A stretch of DNA of 63,887 bases, the filler included, from Basidiobolus ranarum (taxonomy: Eukaryota): assembly GCA_040143965.1 (NCBI GenBank). It is 5 parts of 5 records of this genome, joined end to end, with 100 filler letters (N's around TTAATTAATTAA, not from the genome) between each part and the next. Parts side by side here need not be neighbours in the genome. Positions count along the whole stretch, not along the records: positions 12,832 to 25,546 come from JASJQH010007401.1; positions 25,647 to 38,356 come from JASJQH010007402.1; 3 more parts are not named here. The stretch is one strand, 5' to 3'. The translations under genes were made by a program, and so were the position numbers. Every line of letters begins with the position of its first letter. Positions within the stretch are counted from its first letter, which is position 1. Below are positions 13,970-27,530 of this stretch, in pieces. Below the pieces are notes generated by a model, which ran no database searches, was not told where the DNA came from, and saw only the letters and a program-made list of their open reading frames with translations.

Positions 13970-16863
13970 CTGTGCTGTGAAAATGAGTTGGTGATGATTT
14001 TCATTCGAGGAAGTACTATATATATCGACCCAAATATTAACTCAAACTCTAGATGGATTTTCCTTAAGGTTGTGATCCACCAATTGGATGTCTTCAGCTA
14101 CCACACTGTGCTTTCCAGGTACATGATTGGACGAAACCACTTTAAGCTAAAATCTTCAAGTAGCACGAGCGTCAACTCGAAGTCATATCTCTAATCACAT
14201 AGATCATTCAGCGGCCCACCGGCTAATAATTATTAGTCCAGGTTTCGCCCCTTCCCCTGACCCCCACAATGGAAGCGCTCCATGCTATATTAATAGCCTC
14301 ATTTGGGCATTTTACACATGCTCACTTGATTCAACTACAATGCGCTTATCACACCCTTTGCAGGTTATTTTTGGAAAAACTCAGGCATGGCCAAGACCTA
14401 TTAACTTTGTTTGGTAATTTCATAACGGAATTATTTTGCCTAGAAACCGCGTCTGAGAAGCCAGCACCACTGATCTGTGTGTCCAACAGCGAATACATCA
14501 GAACCAATGGTTGGTGGAGTCGTTAGCATGGAGTGAAAGCCCCTTGCCCATTGGTGTGATCATCTGTCATCAGATTTATCTACTAATGTGGACTCGGGAA
14601 ATATTCTCCGAAGAAGCGACAGTAGCCTGAATTCTGCACCTTACTCTCTATCGTATTCTATCCTTCATCGTCTCACCAATCAACAAATAAGCTTAAAAGC
14701 TAATCTGTCATCTCCACCAATCAGTGGCAATCTTCATCCCATTCCCTTCATTCTGAAATATGATTGGCGACACTGGACAGGGCAGAATGTAAGGCCAACG
14801 CCCTGTATGAATCGTTCCAAAATATCTAGGATACTAGCAGGGATAGTATTGAGATAGAGGTTCAAGCCTAGAATGTCCAATTATCACCAGAATACACGGT
14901 TGGCAAGAGAGGTAGTGATGTTGGTAAATTTGGAAATTCAAGAAGGTGTTATTCTTGTTGAATTTGGAAGCTACTTGCAACATCTGAAAAGAAACATTGG
15001 TTAAATTGTTATGAGAGTGAAACTGGAATTTTCGTAAATGAAAACTACCATATCCGTCTTAGTGCCTGATTAGTGGATGATAATTTGCATAGTCAACAGC
15101 TCGGATGAAGTGAATTAAGAGAGGGAATCTGATTCAAGCTAGGTGACCTTTTGTTACGGTGATAGTAGAGATTCAATGGTTGGTATTGACCATTCTAGAA
15201 ATAATGGAGTAGCATCATTGGCTAGCATTCACCAAACCGATACATCGCAGGTTGGAAGGGTTAAGGTTAGGTGATACGTTCGTAGGCGCTGTTACTTCAT
15301 GTAAATTTGAATCTATTTATTTATCAAATAAGCAGGTTTAAAATAACCTGCACCTATTTATTTTCGGTGCGACTATTTGGTTAGTTTCTCAGTTGTTAGT
15401 AGTGGTAAGTGGATGTTAGTGAATCAATTTTAACATATCAGTTTGGAAACATTACTTTGCAACAATAAAATCATTACTTGGAAATGGTCTTTCGATACCT
15501 CAAATCATTCGATTGCTTCTCCTAGAAGTTCACGAGTGTATTCTCTATGCTCTCCATAAAAATATTATCCATGGAGCAACAGGACTCAGATCCAATGAAG
15601 GAGAAGCCGAGAGTTCTGTCTCTTATTCAGTGCTGATATATGTTAAAAATATTACGTTATCAACTTTGTTCTACACTTCCAATAAAGGTCTCCGATATAA
15701 CTAGCGAGGGATTGAACATAGCGTCAGTAAGAGTAACTAAAAGTTCATATCGGAAAATATTGCTAGTTATCTGTACTTATATAGTTGTCAAACTAACAAA
15801 TAAAGTATAGACACTGCAATCACCTTCAGAAGATTTACATCCCGATATCTCCCAATACTGTTGCTGGCGCTATATGATGATAGGATATTTTTATGTCTAT
15901 GGGGGTCTTGTCTTCTTTTTTTGCAAAGTTTCCCTTGTTTTCTAGTATATTCTGGTCCTCATTGTCTTAGAAATATTATATGTCCTAGATATTTCCATGA
16001 TTGAGAAACCATTAAAATATCTTGGATTCTTTGGTATCCGAAAATCAAATGTCCCAAGATATTCAGATCAAGAGAAAACGCCCTTTTTCGAAATCAATAA
16101 TATATAAATATATAGCTCTTTCGGAATATTTTATCAGTATCTTTAAACGCAACAATGGTTAGCATAATACTAAGCAAGGAAATAGATTGGTATAGAATAC
16201 CATTGACAGTATAAATTTGTTAATGACTGTCAAACGTATATCAGAAATTGGATGGATATTGTAACACTCCAATGGCGATGACATAGATTCGAATGATTAT
16301 GCAGGATTCCGATTTTCAGTAAATTCATATATTTCACTTAGTGGCAAGTGGATCAGCACTCTGCAAGTAATACATATTCCATAAGCATCCCACAATATCG
16401 GATACATCAGGTGCACACCACGTTTCCAAATATCTAATGTCTGGAATTCTTGTTTATAGCAAAGAGCCGTTTTCATCAGCGCTAACGATCTACCTGTAGG
16501 TGGAAACAGCCCAGATGGAGCAAGAGTATTTACTTAATTTAGAGCATGATACTGACATAGACTGACATGAATGGCCAAGATTATTCAAGTATTGTTGAAG
16601 CGGTAAGTAATGAATCGAAACATCGAAGCACCTAGAAAATGAGCATGATCATTAGCTCATATGATAGGAAAGTGCTAATGAATACTACGATTACTATGCA
16701 TACTTGTTTCTATACTACACCTATCTGCTTTCAATTGAGATAACTGTGTTTTTTTCAATGTACCTCTGGTGCGAAAAAGTCCATATTAAGACTAGCCTAG
16801 AGCAGTTTTTGAAAACCAGAAACTACTTTCCATCCTATTTCACTTTATAACAGAAATTCAAAC

Positions 16864-17615
16864 ATGCGCTCCATCATTGCTTTGACTATCGGACTTCTGG
16901 TCTCTTCACAAGTTATGGCCACCAGTATTAGCAAACGCGCGGTACCTCCAGGTGTTCAGATCAGTGAGTGTTCCATGGGCAAGGTGGTGGCTGTTACATT
17001 TGATGATGGGCCAGGACAGTTTACTATGAGACTTCTTGACATTCTTAAAGGCACCAAAGTAACTTTCTTCCTGGTCGGGCAAAGTAAGAAAGCATTGAAA
17101 AATTGATCTTTGAAACTCTAATAACTAAGTTTTATTTAGATGTGGATAGAGACCCAGGAATAGTACGCGAAATGTACAATCGAGGACATCATGTCGCATC
17201 TCATACATACACTCATGCCAATCTTAATGAGCTGGATGATCGCGAAATCGAGCGTGAGATGATGGATACCTCAAATGCCATTTACAAAGCTATAGGAAAG
17301 CGTCCCAGGTACATGCGATGCCCCTACGGCGAGTGTAACGATAGGGTTTTGCGTGTATTAAAGAGACTTGGGTACAAAGTTATCTACTGGAATTTAGACA
17401 CTTTCGATTGGCAAACTTTAAATACCCAAAAGACAATCGATACCTACAATGTGTTGAACAATGCCCCCAGTGGCAGTAGTTTCATAGCCTTACAGCATGA
17501 TATTCACTCACCCACTGTCGATGCAGTAGAAAGAGTGCTTCAGAAGATTCAAAATGCCGGTTATAGTGTGAAGACTGTCCCACAATGTTTGAATGATGGT
17601 GATCTTTACGCTTAG
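16864..17615 (+). CDS. Secreted polysaccharide (chitin) deacetylase, CE4/NodB domain
   Basis: Signal peptide followed by KR; motifs TFDDGP, HTYTH, RCPYG, DTFDW and LQHD. Intron 17084-17139 (GTAAG...TTTAG) joins the two ORFs in frame. Confidence 0.92.
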
Positions 17616-18577
17616 AAATAGAGAAGATCTTTGAAGGACCTTACTCGAGATATCTATACTAGTAGATACCATAATACCTCTACTTTACTCCCACAAATCA
17701 ATATTGTATTCCTTTCCACTTTCGTTCATAGGTGTGGATACTAACTGTATTTTAGCAGTCTTTGTCTATATCTTTCCAGAGTATTTAAGTTCATAAATAA
17801 ACAGTAGATGTCAGAGAAACATATTAATAATCAGGCCGTAGTCAAATGTGCTTATATTACAATATTAATCAAATAAATAGGAAGGTTATGAGCAATTGCA
17901 GGTTTATTCGATCATCACCTTTGGAGTGCATCTAATAATGTACATCATAGGCACTCAACAGCAAAAAATAGCTGTTTCGCATAGAGTATACACAAGTGGT
18001 AGCAAGAGATTAGTCAATATATCCACTGGGAGGAATGTATCACATTATTAGTAATGAAGGCGGTCAGCGAAAAAGTCATTTAATGGCAATGCAATGCCAT
18101 TGGAAAATGTATGTGGATAAAAGATGTTCAGGCTGTCAACTAGAGGTGTTTCATGTAAAGATACTAGCTAATTTCAAATTTGACGGATGAACTTCATTCA
18201 GATGAGTCAAATGATGATTAATTGGAAATAATTCAAGGGTCATGGTTAATGTACTTGAATTGTTATGATTGAACCGGATAAACATGCCATATATAAGTTG
18301 TGAATGCATAAATTGTTCATGATCTACCAATAGGAGCATCTCTAAGCTGACTAAATTTCATGGAATTTTTAATTACTAAGCCTCACTAGAGTTGCGAAAT
18401 CACAAATTACACTTGCGTGATGGCTTTGATGGCAGAATCCAGCTACATGCATGGTTTTCAACTCACTTGGAGAAGTTCCTCTAAAATTAATGCTACACAA
18501 GAAATGAATATAAATAGAGCCAGAGCACTAACCTCAATCCAATATATTTCAATTCCAACTTCAACTTCTAAGCAACT

Positions 18578-19471
18578 ATGAGCGGTGTACAAAATGTGAT
18601 AGTGTTCGGTGCTTCTGGCTTTGTCGGCCACGCCATCTTAACAGAGCTACTCAAATCAACTAACTTCAAGACCTCCGCCTTTTCTCGGGTGGGCGGCTAG
18701 AAAATCGATGTCAACGGTGTCAATATTATCGAAGGTGATATAGATAACCATGACTCCTTAACCAAAGCACTACAAGGAATCGATATTGTCATAGCTGCCT
18801 TATCTGGGGCTGGACTGAAGAAGCAGAGCAATATAATCTTGGCTGCAAAAGAGGCTGGCGTACGCCGTTTTGTCCCATCAGATTTTGGATATGACTACGC
18901 ACTTAAAATTGATGGTCACGATAAGCCATTTGTTCACCCAGTGATCGAAACAAAGCATTCAATTAAAAAGGCCATCGAGGATGCTGGCTTAGAGTACACA
19001 GTCATTCACAATGGGTACTTTATTGACTTTGCGCCCCAACCCTGGGCGCCTTTCTTCCAGGGTCAGAATCCAGATAATGTCAAATTTTCTATTCCAGGAG
19101 ATGGTGAAGCCAAGGTAGAGTGGACAACTGTAGTTGACACTGCCAGATTCCTTGTAGCCTCCCTCACTGATCCGATTAGTAAAAATGGAACTCTGAACTT
19201 CCGTGGGGATTTCAAGTCTTTTAATGAAGTAGCCAACCTATTTGAAAAATACAGTGGAAAGAAAGTAGAGCGAGAGTATCTTCCGGTAAACGAGCTTAAA
19301 AAACTGATCTTTAATCCACCTCAACCTGGTCTGGATTTTGTTTTCTTTTTGTATGCTGCTATTGCTGAAGGCCAGTTTCAGTTTCCTGAAATTGCAAACA
19401 ACAAGTTCCCCCAAATTAAGCCAGCAAACTTCGATACTGTGTTCGGTCAGATCTTTGACAAACAAGCATAA
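18578..19471 (+). pseudogene. NmrA/isoflavone-reductase-like SDR with an in-frame TAG at codon 41
   Basis: ATG at 18578 gives MSGVQNVIVFGASGFVG (Rossmann motif). TAG at 18698-18700, after which the same frame continues to AAKEAGVRRFVPSDFG...*. Confidence 0.8.
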
Positions 19472-20111
19472 ACTTTGGAAATAAAGCCCTTATGTTTAAT
19501 ACAGTTCTTACTGCTCTCATCGGTATTATCAAGAATTATCAAACATTGAATGTGATACACTGAATTCTTGGGTGTGCAAAGAAATGGATCGCCAAAATCT
19601 TGAAATAATCAATTTTAATGTTTCATATAGCCTTGTCACACTCATTCTGCATAGCCCAACGTCCTCTCTGGTATTTTGAAGCTTGTGAAGATCATTTAAC
19701 TTCCATAAAGGAAGCAATGAAATTAAATAGCTATTCTTATACTTGGTCATTTATCAAACCGCAAATACTTCAATACTAATGATATATCTATCAGGTAACA
19801 GATATTACTTAGGATTTTAATGCATGATAGACTCTTTTGCAGAGGGTTTACTGATACCTTCATTGATGATTATGATCTTGTTACCCTACCAAATCATCTT
19901 AAGTACAATTAGTCAGGCAGAGATACTTTGTTGGGCAAACTCCAACTTACACATGCATTATTTTCAGAATTGAATCTCAATTAGGACATCTATAGTTTTA
20001 TTTCTTTTAGTGCAATGACTTCAATAGCCTCTTGTAGATCAAGAGTTACTCATAACTGAATCAATGCCAGAGTTTTGGATTCATGAGGAATGTTTTAGAA
20101 TATAGAGCTAT

Positions 20112-20460
20112 TGTTGAAGTATTCTAAGAGTTTGTTGGAAGTGGTATAGAGAACTAGAAGAGTCTGTGGTTTTCACATGTTGACTTGTTGAGTAGAGAGT
20201 TGACATTTATAGTTATGCCAGGAGGTAAATAAAGGAACATTTTGAATGCGTTAAAGAAAGTCCCAACAATATGTGTACAAAGTGTGGATATTCTACAACA
20301 TGGTTGAAACATTAATACTTTGGAAAACATTTTGGTTTGCAAAAATTTCCTAAATATAATTCAATTGGGCATAGTAGGTGATATTTTAGTAGAATATAGT
20401 ATAACTAAATACTAAGCTATATATGACCATACTGGTTTTTAGGCTATGCCAAGCTCAACA
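20112..20460 (-). mobile_element. Solo LTR copy 2 (degenerate)
   Basis: TGTTGAA...TCAACA ends; flanks GCTAT / GCAAT (4/5 TSD match). Confidence 0.8.
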
Positions 20461-20897
20461 GCAATTACTCTCAAGGGAGATATTGCAACTATTTCTTCAT
20501 GCCAGAAATGATTGGACCTGGGCCCTACATACTACAGTAATTACAATTGGAATTGGAATTACTCAATCCAGATGATGCTAGAGAGTGCACAGTAGTGCCA
20601 CATGTATTTTGGAATACTTTTTAGTAGCAATAAAAATGGAAACAATGCAGTTAAGCTTGAATTGTGTATTCTTGTAATACTGGTTATACTAAGATATACT
20701 TAGTCATACTGTAAATAATTAGGTGAATAAAGCCAAGTGGTACAAATATGACAACAAGAAAAAAGTTTAGAGATACTTTTAATGCAAGGAATGTTGGCAA
20801 ATAGTGCTTCATTTATACATATAAGATAACTTGGGTTAGTATGCATGGATGACCAACTACCAGTAATTGAACTTTTAGAAGTAATAAACTTGAGTCT

Positions 20898-21225
20898 TAT
20901 TGAGGCATTTTGGGAGCTTGTTGGAAGGGGTTTTGAGATTAGAGAAATTGGTGACTTTCACCTATTAATTAATTGAGCAGAAAGTTGGCATTTATGGTTC
21001 TGTCAAAACAGAAGCAAAATAGCATGCAGAATGTATCAAGGAAGGTCTAGGGAACATGTGTACAAAGTTAGGGGCTTCTAGCACAGGTTGGAAATATTTA
21101 TACATCAGAGAGTTCCAAGAAAAATCCAATTGAGAATAATTGGTAATATGTTAGTTCCATTTAGGATAGCTAAAAACTAAGCTATGAATGACTATATAGG
21201 TGCTTAGACAATGTCTATGTTAACA
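20898..21225 (-). mobile_element. Solo LTR copy 3 (degenerate)
   Basis: Colinear with the other copies (TTGGAAG, GGAAGGTC..GGAACATGTGT, CTAAGCTAT..ATGACTATATAGGTG). Ends are decayed and no clear TSD remains. Confidence 0.72.
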
Positions 21226-21632
21226 TAATCAAGAGTAGTGAGAGCATCTTTAGGATAACAAGAAATATCAATCAGGCTCCTTATGCATGCTTTTGTAGAC
21301 ATTGAGCTACATCATTGAATAATGTATAAATATCTTTGACTTGAGTACTCTCAATTTATCTTAGATTATTTATTACTTGTTCTCAGTAAATTTAAAATCA
21401 CAATAATCAAAGATTAGTAATTGAAAACCATACTGGCCCTATATCAACTTACAGCAGTTAGTTGCCTCCAGTGAAGTGTCTGATCTGTGGACAATGAGCT
21501 ACAAGTGTAACAAGAGAGGTTGGCTATGAGTTATATACACTTAGTGAAAGGTATGAGTGAGTATTGGCAAAGTTCTTATTGGCTATACTATCTCTATGAT
21601 GCAAATCATTGATGCTAAGTGATTGAAGTTAT

Positions 21633-21979
21633 TGTTAAAGTATTTGGGAGCCTGTTGGAAGCGGTTTGGAGAGTTAGAGAAATTGGTGGTTTTCACTTGT
21701 TGATTTATTGAGTTGAAAGTTGACATTTATAGTTTTGTCAAGATGTCAACAAACTAACATGTAAATGTGTTAAGGAAGGTCCCAGGAATATGTGTGCAAA
21801 GCTTGGTGCTTCAAGCACAAGTTTGAGAAATCTATATATCTGTGAACTTTGAAGTTGGTAAGAATATTCTCAGTAAATTCCAATTGAGAATAATGAATAA
21901 TATCTTAGTGAAATATGAGATAACTAAGTACTAAGCTATAAATGACTATATAGGTGTTTAGGCAATGCTAATTTCAACA
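21633..21979 (-). mobile_element. Solo LTR copy 4 with perfect TSD
   Basis: TGTTAAAG...TTTCAACA, flanked on both sides by GTTAT. Confidence 0.88.
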
Positions 21980-22796
21980 GTTATTTTTACAACTGTACAT
22001 TTTTGTATCTGTCATAGTGCAAATAAATCCTTTGTATGTAGGGTGCTTTCTTCAGCCTTCACAATACCTGCAGTATTATATTGAAGAAAATGCAGTTACC
22101 AAGCTATCTAGGATACATATTTGAGGAATCTAGCTTCAATAATAACTTAACAAATGTGACAATACCTATTTTAATGATGGATTTGTATTTGCTTATAATG
22201 TGCTCCATTTTTTAGAGAGGTAGGTATATATTGATGGCTGCAGAGCGTGGGTACCTTCTACAACTCTGGAGAACTTACCAGCCATGGTGCTTGTAATATT
22301 TGGAAGGAAAGATAAGAGTTGCTTAAAGAAGAGAAACTGAAATTCCAAGCTAACTAAGCTTCAACATGCCAATAGATTTGCAGCTTACCATAATTTCAAA
22401 TAACAAAATATAATAATGGAATCACGTCCATCGTTGGGTAGACTCCAAGTAGCCCAAGCCTATGAATAAGCAAAAATATCAATCCAAATTGGAAGCTTCA
22501 CCAAATGCTCGCTGTTGAATGGCAAACATACTCTTGATATTCTTGTCAGAACTGTTATAAAGGCATCGTAAATTTGGAAAGAATGGATGTCTTAATCGAG
22601 CACCATATTTGTCTACCAAGTGACTTAATAACCCTAACTCAGCTTTACCAAGCGTTAAATAACTTCTATCCATATATTGGTGCATTGAAAGTAGTGTTTT
22701 TTGGAGCAACAGAGAAGCGTCGGCTGCGGAAATCGAAATGTTGTGCCGTTCTAATAAGGAACAATAAGTTGTTAGTTCCCATCATGTGCACATATT

Positions 22797-24194
22797 TTAA
22801 TAAGGATTACCTAGTAAATTTAGTCCAGGAAGTAGAAACCACGGTTGAGTACCCAGCATCTTTCCAATATCAAAATCCCTAAATATTTCAGCTACATTTG
22901 CTCCTAACTGCTCAAGCAGCAAGTATAATAGCTGAACATGCTCTGGAAGTGCCTCGTGAAGTTCTTCAGAGCAACAGATGAAAGGAGTCTCCGAGAGAAT
23001 CAGCTGAAGCATTTCAGTCGCATTAAGATCAAGCTCCGGAACATATTTGAATGCCTCTATGAATCGCTTTTTTATAATATGTCGCTGTAACTTCTTCTTG
23101 TCTTGGAAATTGAATTGTAAATTAAATTTATGGAGTATATAATCTGCAACTTCTATACTTGTAGTACAGGCGGCTATAAAAGTGTCCTTCAACATATCGT
23201 CGAAACCCTCAAATTTCAGTTGACCTTTTACATGATAGACTTCATGAATTAGGAATTGAATCGACTTCATTTGACTCTCGCAAACATAAGGCCCGAGTCC
23301 CGCGAGTTTTGGAAGAAGTTCTGTGGAAGTACGTAGGGTATTTCGAGTAACAGAATCGCCATATTTAAATAACCATTGTAAACCCTCTTCGCTTATCTCA
23401 TATGACAGACGTATTAACTCAGTTTCCTCCAGTTCCAATTGAAAGGGGTGCAGGCAATATAAATATACTTCCTTTATGTGGTATCGTAAACAGTTCAGGA
23501 GCTTTGCTTTTGTATTTTCGGTTGAATCCTCAAGACGCTTTATCACTCTTAATTCTCTATCAGTAAATATATTACAAGAGATCCCTAACTTCTTTGCTCT
23601 GTCACAACGTACCTTATCTTTGCGGTATCTGCTTGCGAGAATGACTAACCGAAGTGCGGTTCTTCTGTATTTCTGAAAAGGGCATACCTCTATCTGTTCC
23701 AGTACACAATCTACAAATATAGGCCCAGAGAGGTTTAGACGTTCAAAGAGTAGCTTCATAAGGTCTTCCGAGTGAATAGAACCAGATTGAACCAACAGAA
23801 TTCCTATCTTCTCAATCACTTTACCTTCCGGGTTTTCCAACATTGTATTGAAATCAAATTCATAGCGGAAGTTTAAATGAGATAGAAAGTGAGCAACCTT
23901 AAATGGTTCTTGAAGTCTATGCATATCTGATAAAGCCCAACAAAGTAGAGAGAGGGCAACGTTGGGAGTGACCAAAGCATGTGGTCGAACAAGACAACTT
24001 GTTTTATTTGGAAAAACTCCGAAAAAATTCTGGTGCTCCCATAGCCAATTTGCGCGAACAGTGTTCCGCTTGGAGAATTGGTAAAAGAATGAGCATACAC
24101 TGATGAGTTCTTGGGGAGAAGTGTGGTAGGAGAAAATGAGTCCCAGTACTTCTTGAGGAAATACTGACATTATGATATAGAATTTACGGTTCAT
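22797..24194 (-). CDS. Uncharacterised protein with an F-box-like N-terminus
   Basis: Intronless 465 aa ORF. FPQEVLGLIFSY...LISVCSFFY resembles an F-box; the remainder looks helical and is not recognised. Alternative start at 24170. Confidence 0.65.
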   Translation of the reverse strand: MNRKFYIIMSVFPQEVLGLIFSYHTSPQELISVCSFFYQFSKRNTVRANWLWEHQNFFGVFPNKTSCLVRPHALVTPNVALSLLCWALSDMHRLQEPFKVAHFLSHLNFRYEFDFNTMLENPEGKVIEKIGILLVQSGSIHSEDLMKLLFERLNLSGPIFVDCVLEQIEVCPFQKYRRTALRLVILASRYRKDKVRCDRAKKLGISCNIFTDRELRVIKRLEDSTENTKAKLLNCLRYHIKEVYLYCLHPFQLELEETELIRLSYEISEEGLQWLFKYGDSVTRNTLRTSTELLPKLAGLGPYVCESQMKSIQFLIHEVYHVKGQLKFEGFDDMLKDTFIAACTTSIEVADYILHKFNLQFNFQDKKKLQRHIIKKRFIEAFKYVPELDLNATEMLQLILSETPFICCSEELHEALPEHVQLLYLLLEQLGANVAEIFRDFDIGKMLGTQPWFLLPGLNLLGNPY

Positions 24195-24455
24195 GAGTTA
24201 GACTTAAATAGCTTATGTTGTAATGTTTAGGGTGCTTACATACCTGTATGATATGGTTGCACACTCTGCGGATTTGGCGTAACCGTGGTATGTCTACGGA
24301 TATGTATTCCTTGGTATGACCATGCTTGATCTCTATTTCCTCAGATCCTATGTCCATCACTATATTGATGGATAATTGTGGTATTTGCAATACATAAAAT
24401 CTATAGATAAACCCACTCAATCTAAGTTATGGAAATTGGCACAGAAGGTGGTTAC

Positions 24456-24785
24456 TGTTAAAGTATTTTGGGAGCCTGTTGGAAGTGGTTTAGAGAACTA
24501 GAGAAATTGGTGGTTTTCACTTACTGATTTATTGAGTCGAAAGTTGACATTTATAGTTTTGGTAAGGTGTAAACAAATAAACGTGTAGAATGTGTTAAGG
24601 AAGGTCTCAGGAACATGTGCGCAAAGTTTGGGCCTTCTAGCACAAGTTATCAAAATCTATATATCTTCAAACTTCTAAGTAAATTCCAATAACGAATAAT
24701 GGGTAAGATCTTAGTTCAATATAGGATAACTAAATACTAAGCTATATATGACTATATAGGTGTTTAGGCAATGCTAATTTCAACA
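24456..24785 (-). mobile_element. Solo LTR copy 5 with perfect TSD
   Basis: TGTTAAAG...TTTCAACA, flanked on both sides by GTTAC. Confidence 0.88.
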
Positions 24786-26664
24786 GTTACCAAGCATGAA
24801 AGCTCTTCTGGTAATTAGCATATCGAATTCCAGCGCCTATTAGGATGAAGGTTCTCAGACATAATCTTTTATTTGGTAACTGGTCCAGCAGTCTATGGCT
24901 CACAGTAAATCCAGTAACTTATACACAATGATACTTGAGTAGTGTGAGCAGATAAAAGGGATTCTAGTATATGGGCCCTGAGGTGTTTAGTCTTTTGCAA
25001 CTGTAAAACCTTGGTATGTATCTTGAGCTTTAAAGGATGGTATCTGCTTCAATTGTTCTAAGCTTAAACAAAGAATTTGACCACGTATCTCTTCCATTGA
25101 CAAGTGGCAGAGTTTTGAACGCGGAGTATACTCACAGAGTAAAGCAGTATATTCCTAGTGAACTTTAAGTTCCAAGTGTACCCATATCAGATTAAGTATT
25201 CATTATTGGGTCTATTGATTACAATAAGCCTGCATGGCCAATTGTGGAAATGGTATAGCTAGTATAGACTGATAGCCAAGTTAATATTCCCGTATTTGTG
25301 CTCGCTCTGTCATTAGTCACTGGCACATTAATTAATTTGGATGTTTTGATTTAGGCTTAATTGAAGATGCTTTAGTGCGCTAAGGGTTGGGGTTAGGGTT
25401 AGATACAGAATGCAGAATGCTGTGGACGTTTACTTCTAGTGGAGGATTCTAATCAGTCATGTCTCATGATTATTACAAAGATTTAGCAATGCTCTGTGTA
25501 CCGCCACGTACTACACCTTGGACGTCGTTGTTGCTCCATAGCCATANNNNNNNNNNNNNNNNNNNNNNNNNNNNNNNNNNNNNNNNNNNNTTAATTAATT
25601 AANNNNNNNNNNNNNNNNNNNNNNNNNNNNNNNNNNNNNNNNNNNNCTTCCAACACAGTAAAGTTAATGATACAACCATTATAGGCTTGAAGTATATAAC
25701 TAGAAATGTGATCTGTTTTACAGATGCTGAACCATTTGGATTGTGTTATGAGCTATAAGGAGTATAGATATTAGCAACCTCTTACTACTTATTACTCGGA
25801 CATATATAAACCTAGTATCCACAATAGCTGATATTAGTTGGCACATATCTGACACGATTAATATTCTTTTGATCCAAGCATTAAGTCAAAATAGTTCACA
25901 ACCATTCTTTGTCATAATGACTGTTGCATTTGTGGTAATTTATTGGGCCAATCATACCATATTCTCCACCATAAGCAAACACATTAACTCTGTAACTTTG
26001 CGTAATTAATTAGCCGCTTCTAGGATGCATTGAAGCGATGAAAAAGATGTACTTACTCTTTGTTAAATTGTAAAGGTGCATGTTTCAAGTCAAGCAAAAT
26101 GGAAAACTATATTCCTGGAACATACAGTAATATTTTGTATTAGTTGAAACAACCTTGAAGGAAATGATTCACTTATGTATCTAATCTTATAGAAGTACTA
26201 GTTTGTCAGATATGGACATTGGAGACTGAGTAGTTTGAGGTATAGTTAAATCTTGGAAGATCTGAGAAAATTCCATAGTATTTTGCCAAATTTCTTTGAA
26301 ACTATATCTGTCTTTAATGCTTTTTTTTCTCCTCACAAGAATACTGAGAACAAAACTGCAAGCAAAGCTTCAAAACAAATAGACTTGTAAGTGTAATATT
26401 GCTAATCCCAAATCATAACCTCAATTACTTAATGGCTACCCAGCTAATAAGAATTGATTTCTAGAGAAACTCAAATTCAAATACATCAACAGAAGCATGA
26501 TTCAAAGTCAATGGATGCATATATATTCTAATTACTAACAAAATGGAATGCATACGTATTGTATGCAGATATTGATACATATCGCTGTTGGCATAAAGAA
26601 TACTTTGCAATAGATGTACAGTGAAGTTATGTGATTTATTATAGTGTATATATCTATATATATA

Positions 26665-27282
26665 TTAAAGAGATCTACCACTATCTTGCCATTGTTCACG
26701 TGTTATTTCGAAATACGTATCATGAGTACCATAATAAGAAGGGCCACCGGTGATAGTAGTCATTCCTGCTTTCTCCATAACCTTCTGACTACCGATGTTA
26801 GCAGGTAAGGCAGCTCCAGAAATGTAAGGAAAGTCAAAATTTTGGAAGCTGTAATCAATGACTTTTCGAATTGCTTCACTGGCATATCCCTTTCCCCAAA
26901 AAGGGACAGCAAAACCGTAACCTATTTCTACTTCTCGAGGACGAGCACAAAAAGTAGCAGGGTCGGCATCGGGGCACATCTTACGATTACGTTCAAGTAA
27001 ACTTTCGGTAACAAGACGTATGAGTACATATCCTATAAGCTCTCCTGTTTCCCGAAGTCGGATAACATACCAGCCAAATCCAAACTCTTCGGAAGTCTTT
27101 CTCCATGAATGAATACGGTCAATTACTGCTTCCATGGTGCCGTCAATTGGCCCATCCATACCCCAAGCCATGAGGGTGAATTGCTTGTCTAGATTTACGC
27201 TCAAATAAAACTCAGCTACAGAAGGAATATCTTCCTCTACAATAGGAACTATACTCAATCGACTTGTCTCAATTGCGGGCAT
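26665..27282 (-). CDS. GNAT acetyltransferase, RimJ/RimL (Acetyltransf_3) family
   Basis: IETSRLSI at the start, EIGYGFAVPFWGKGYASEA (acetyl-CoA motif A) and NIGSQKVMEKAGM; intronless. Confidence 0.9.
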   Translation of the reverse strand: MPAIETSRLSIVPIVEEDIPSVAEFYLSVNLDKQFTLMAWGMDGPIDGTMEAVIDRIHSWRKTSEEFGFGWYVIRLRETGELIGYVLIRLVTESLLERNRKMCPDADPATFCARPREVEIGYGFAVPFWGKGYASEAIRKVIDYSFQNFDFPYISGAALPANIGSQKVMEKAGMTTITGGPSYYGTHDTYFEITREQWQDSGRSL

Positions 27283-27530
27283 TGTGGAAAATTAGGATTT
27301 CTTTAGGAAAGGTGGTCTAGGTTTTAATAACGAAAAGGCTTTTATTTATTGAATTATTCCCACGACTGCGGATATTAGTAACTGAATTGAGTTTAAATTC
27401 TATTCGGGCTATTCACATTCCCAAATAAAGGACAATTTTGAGTGTAACTGTGGTTTCGATCTTTATAGAAATATTTCAACAGAAAAGCGAGATGAAAATA
27501 CTGAGTAAGTTATGTAAATCTATTAGGCAT

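Noticed and set aside
21633-24785. LTR copies 4 and 5 as the two ends of one element carrying the 465 aa gene
   Set aside because: Each copy has its own perfect TSD (GTTAT versus GTTAC), which indicates independent solo insertions.
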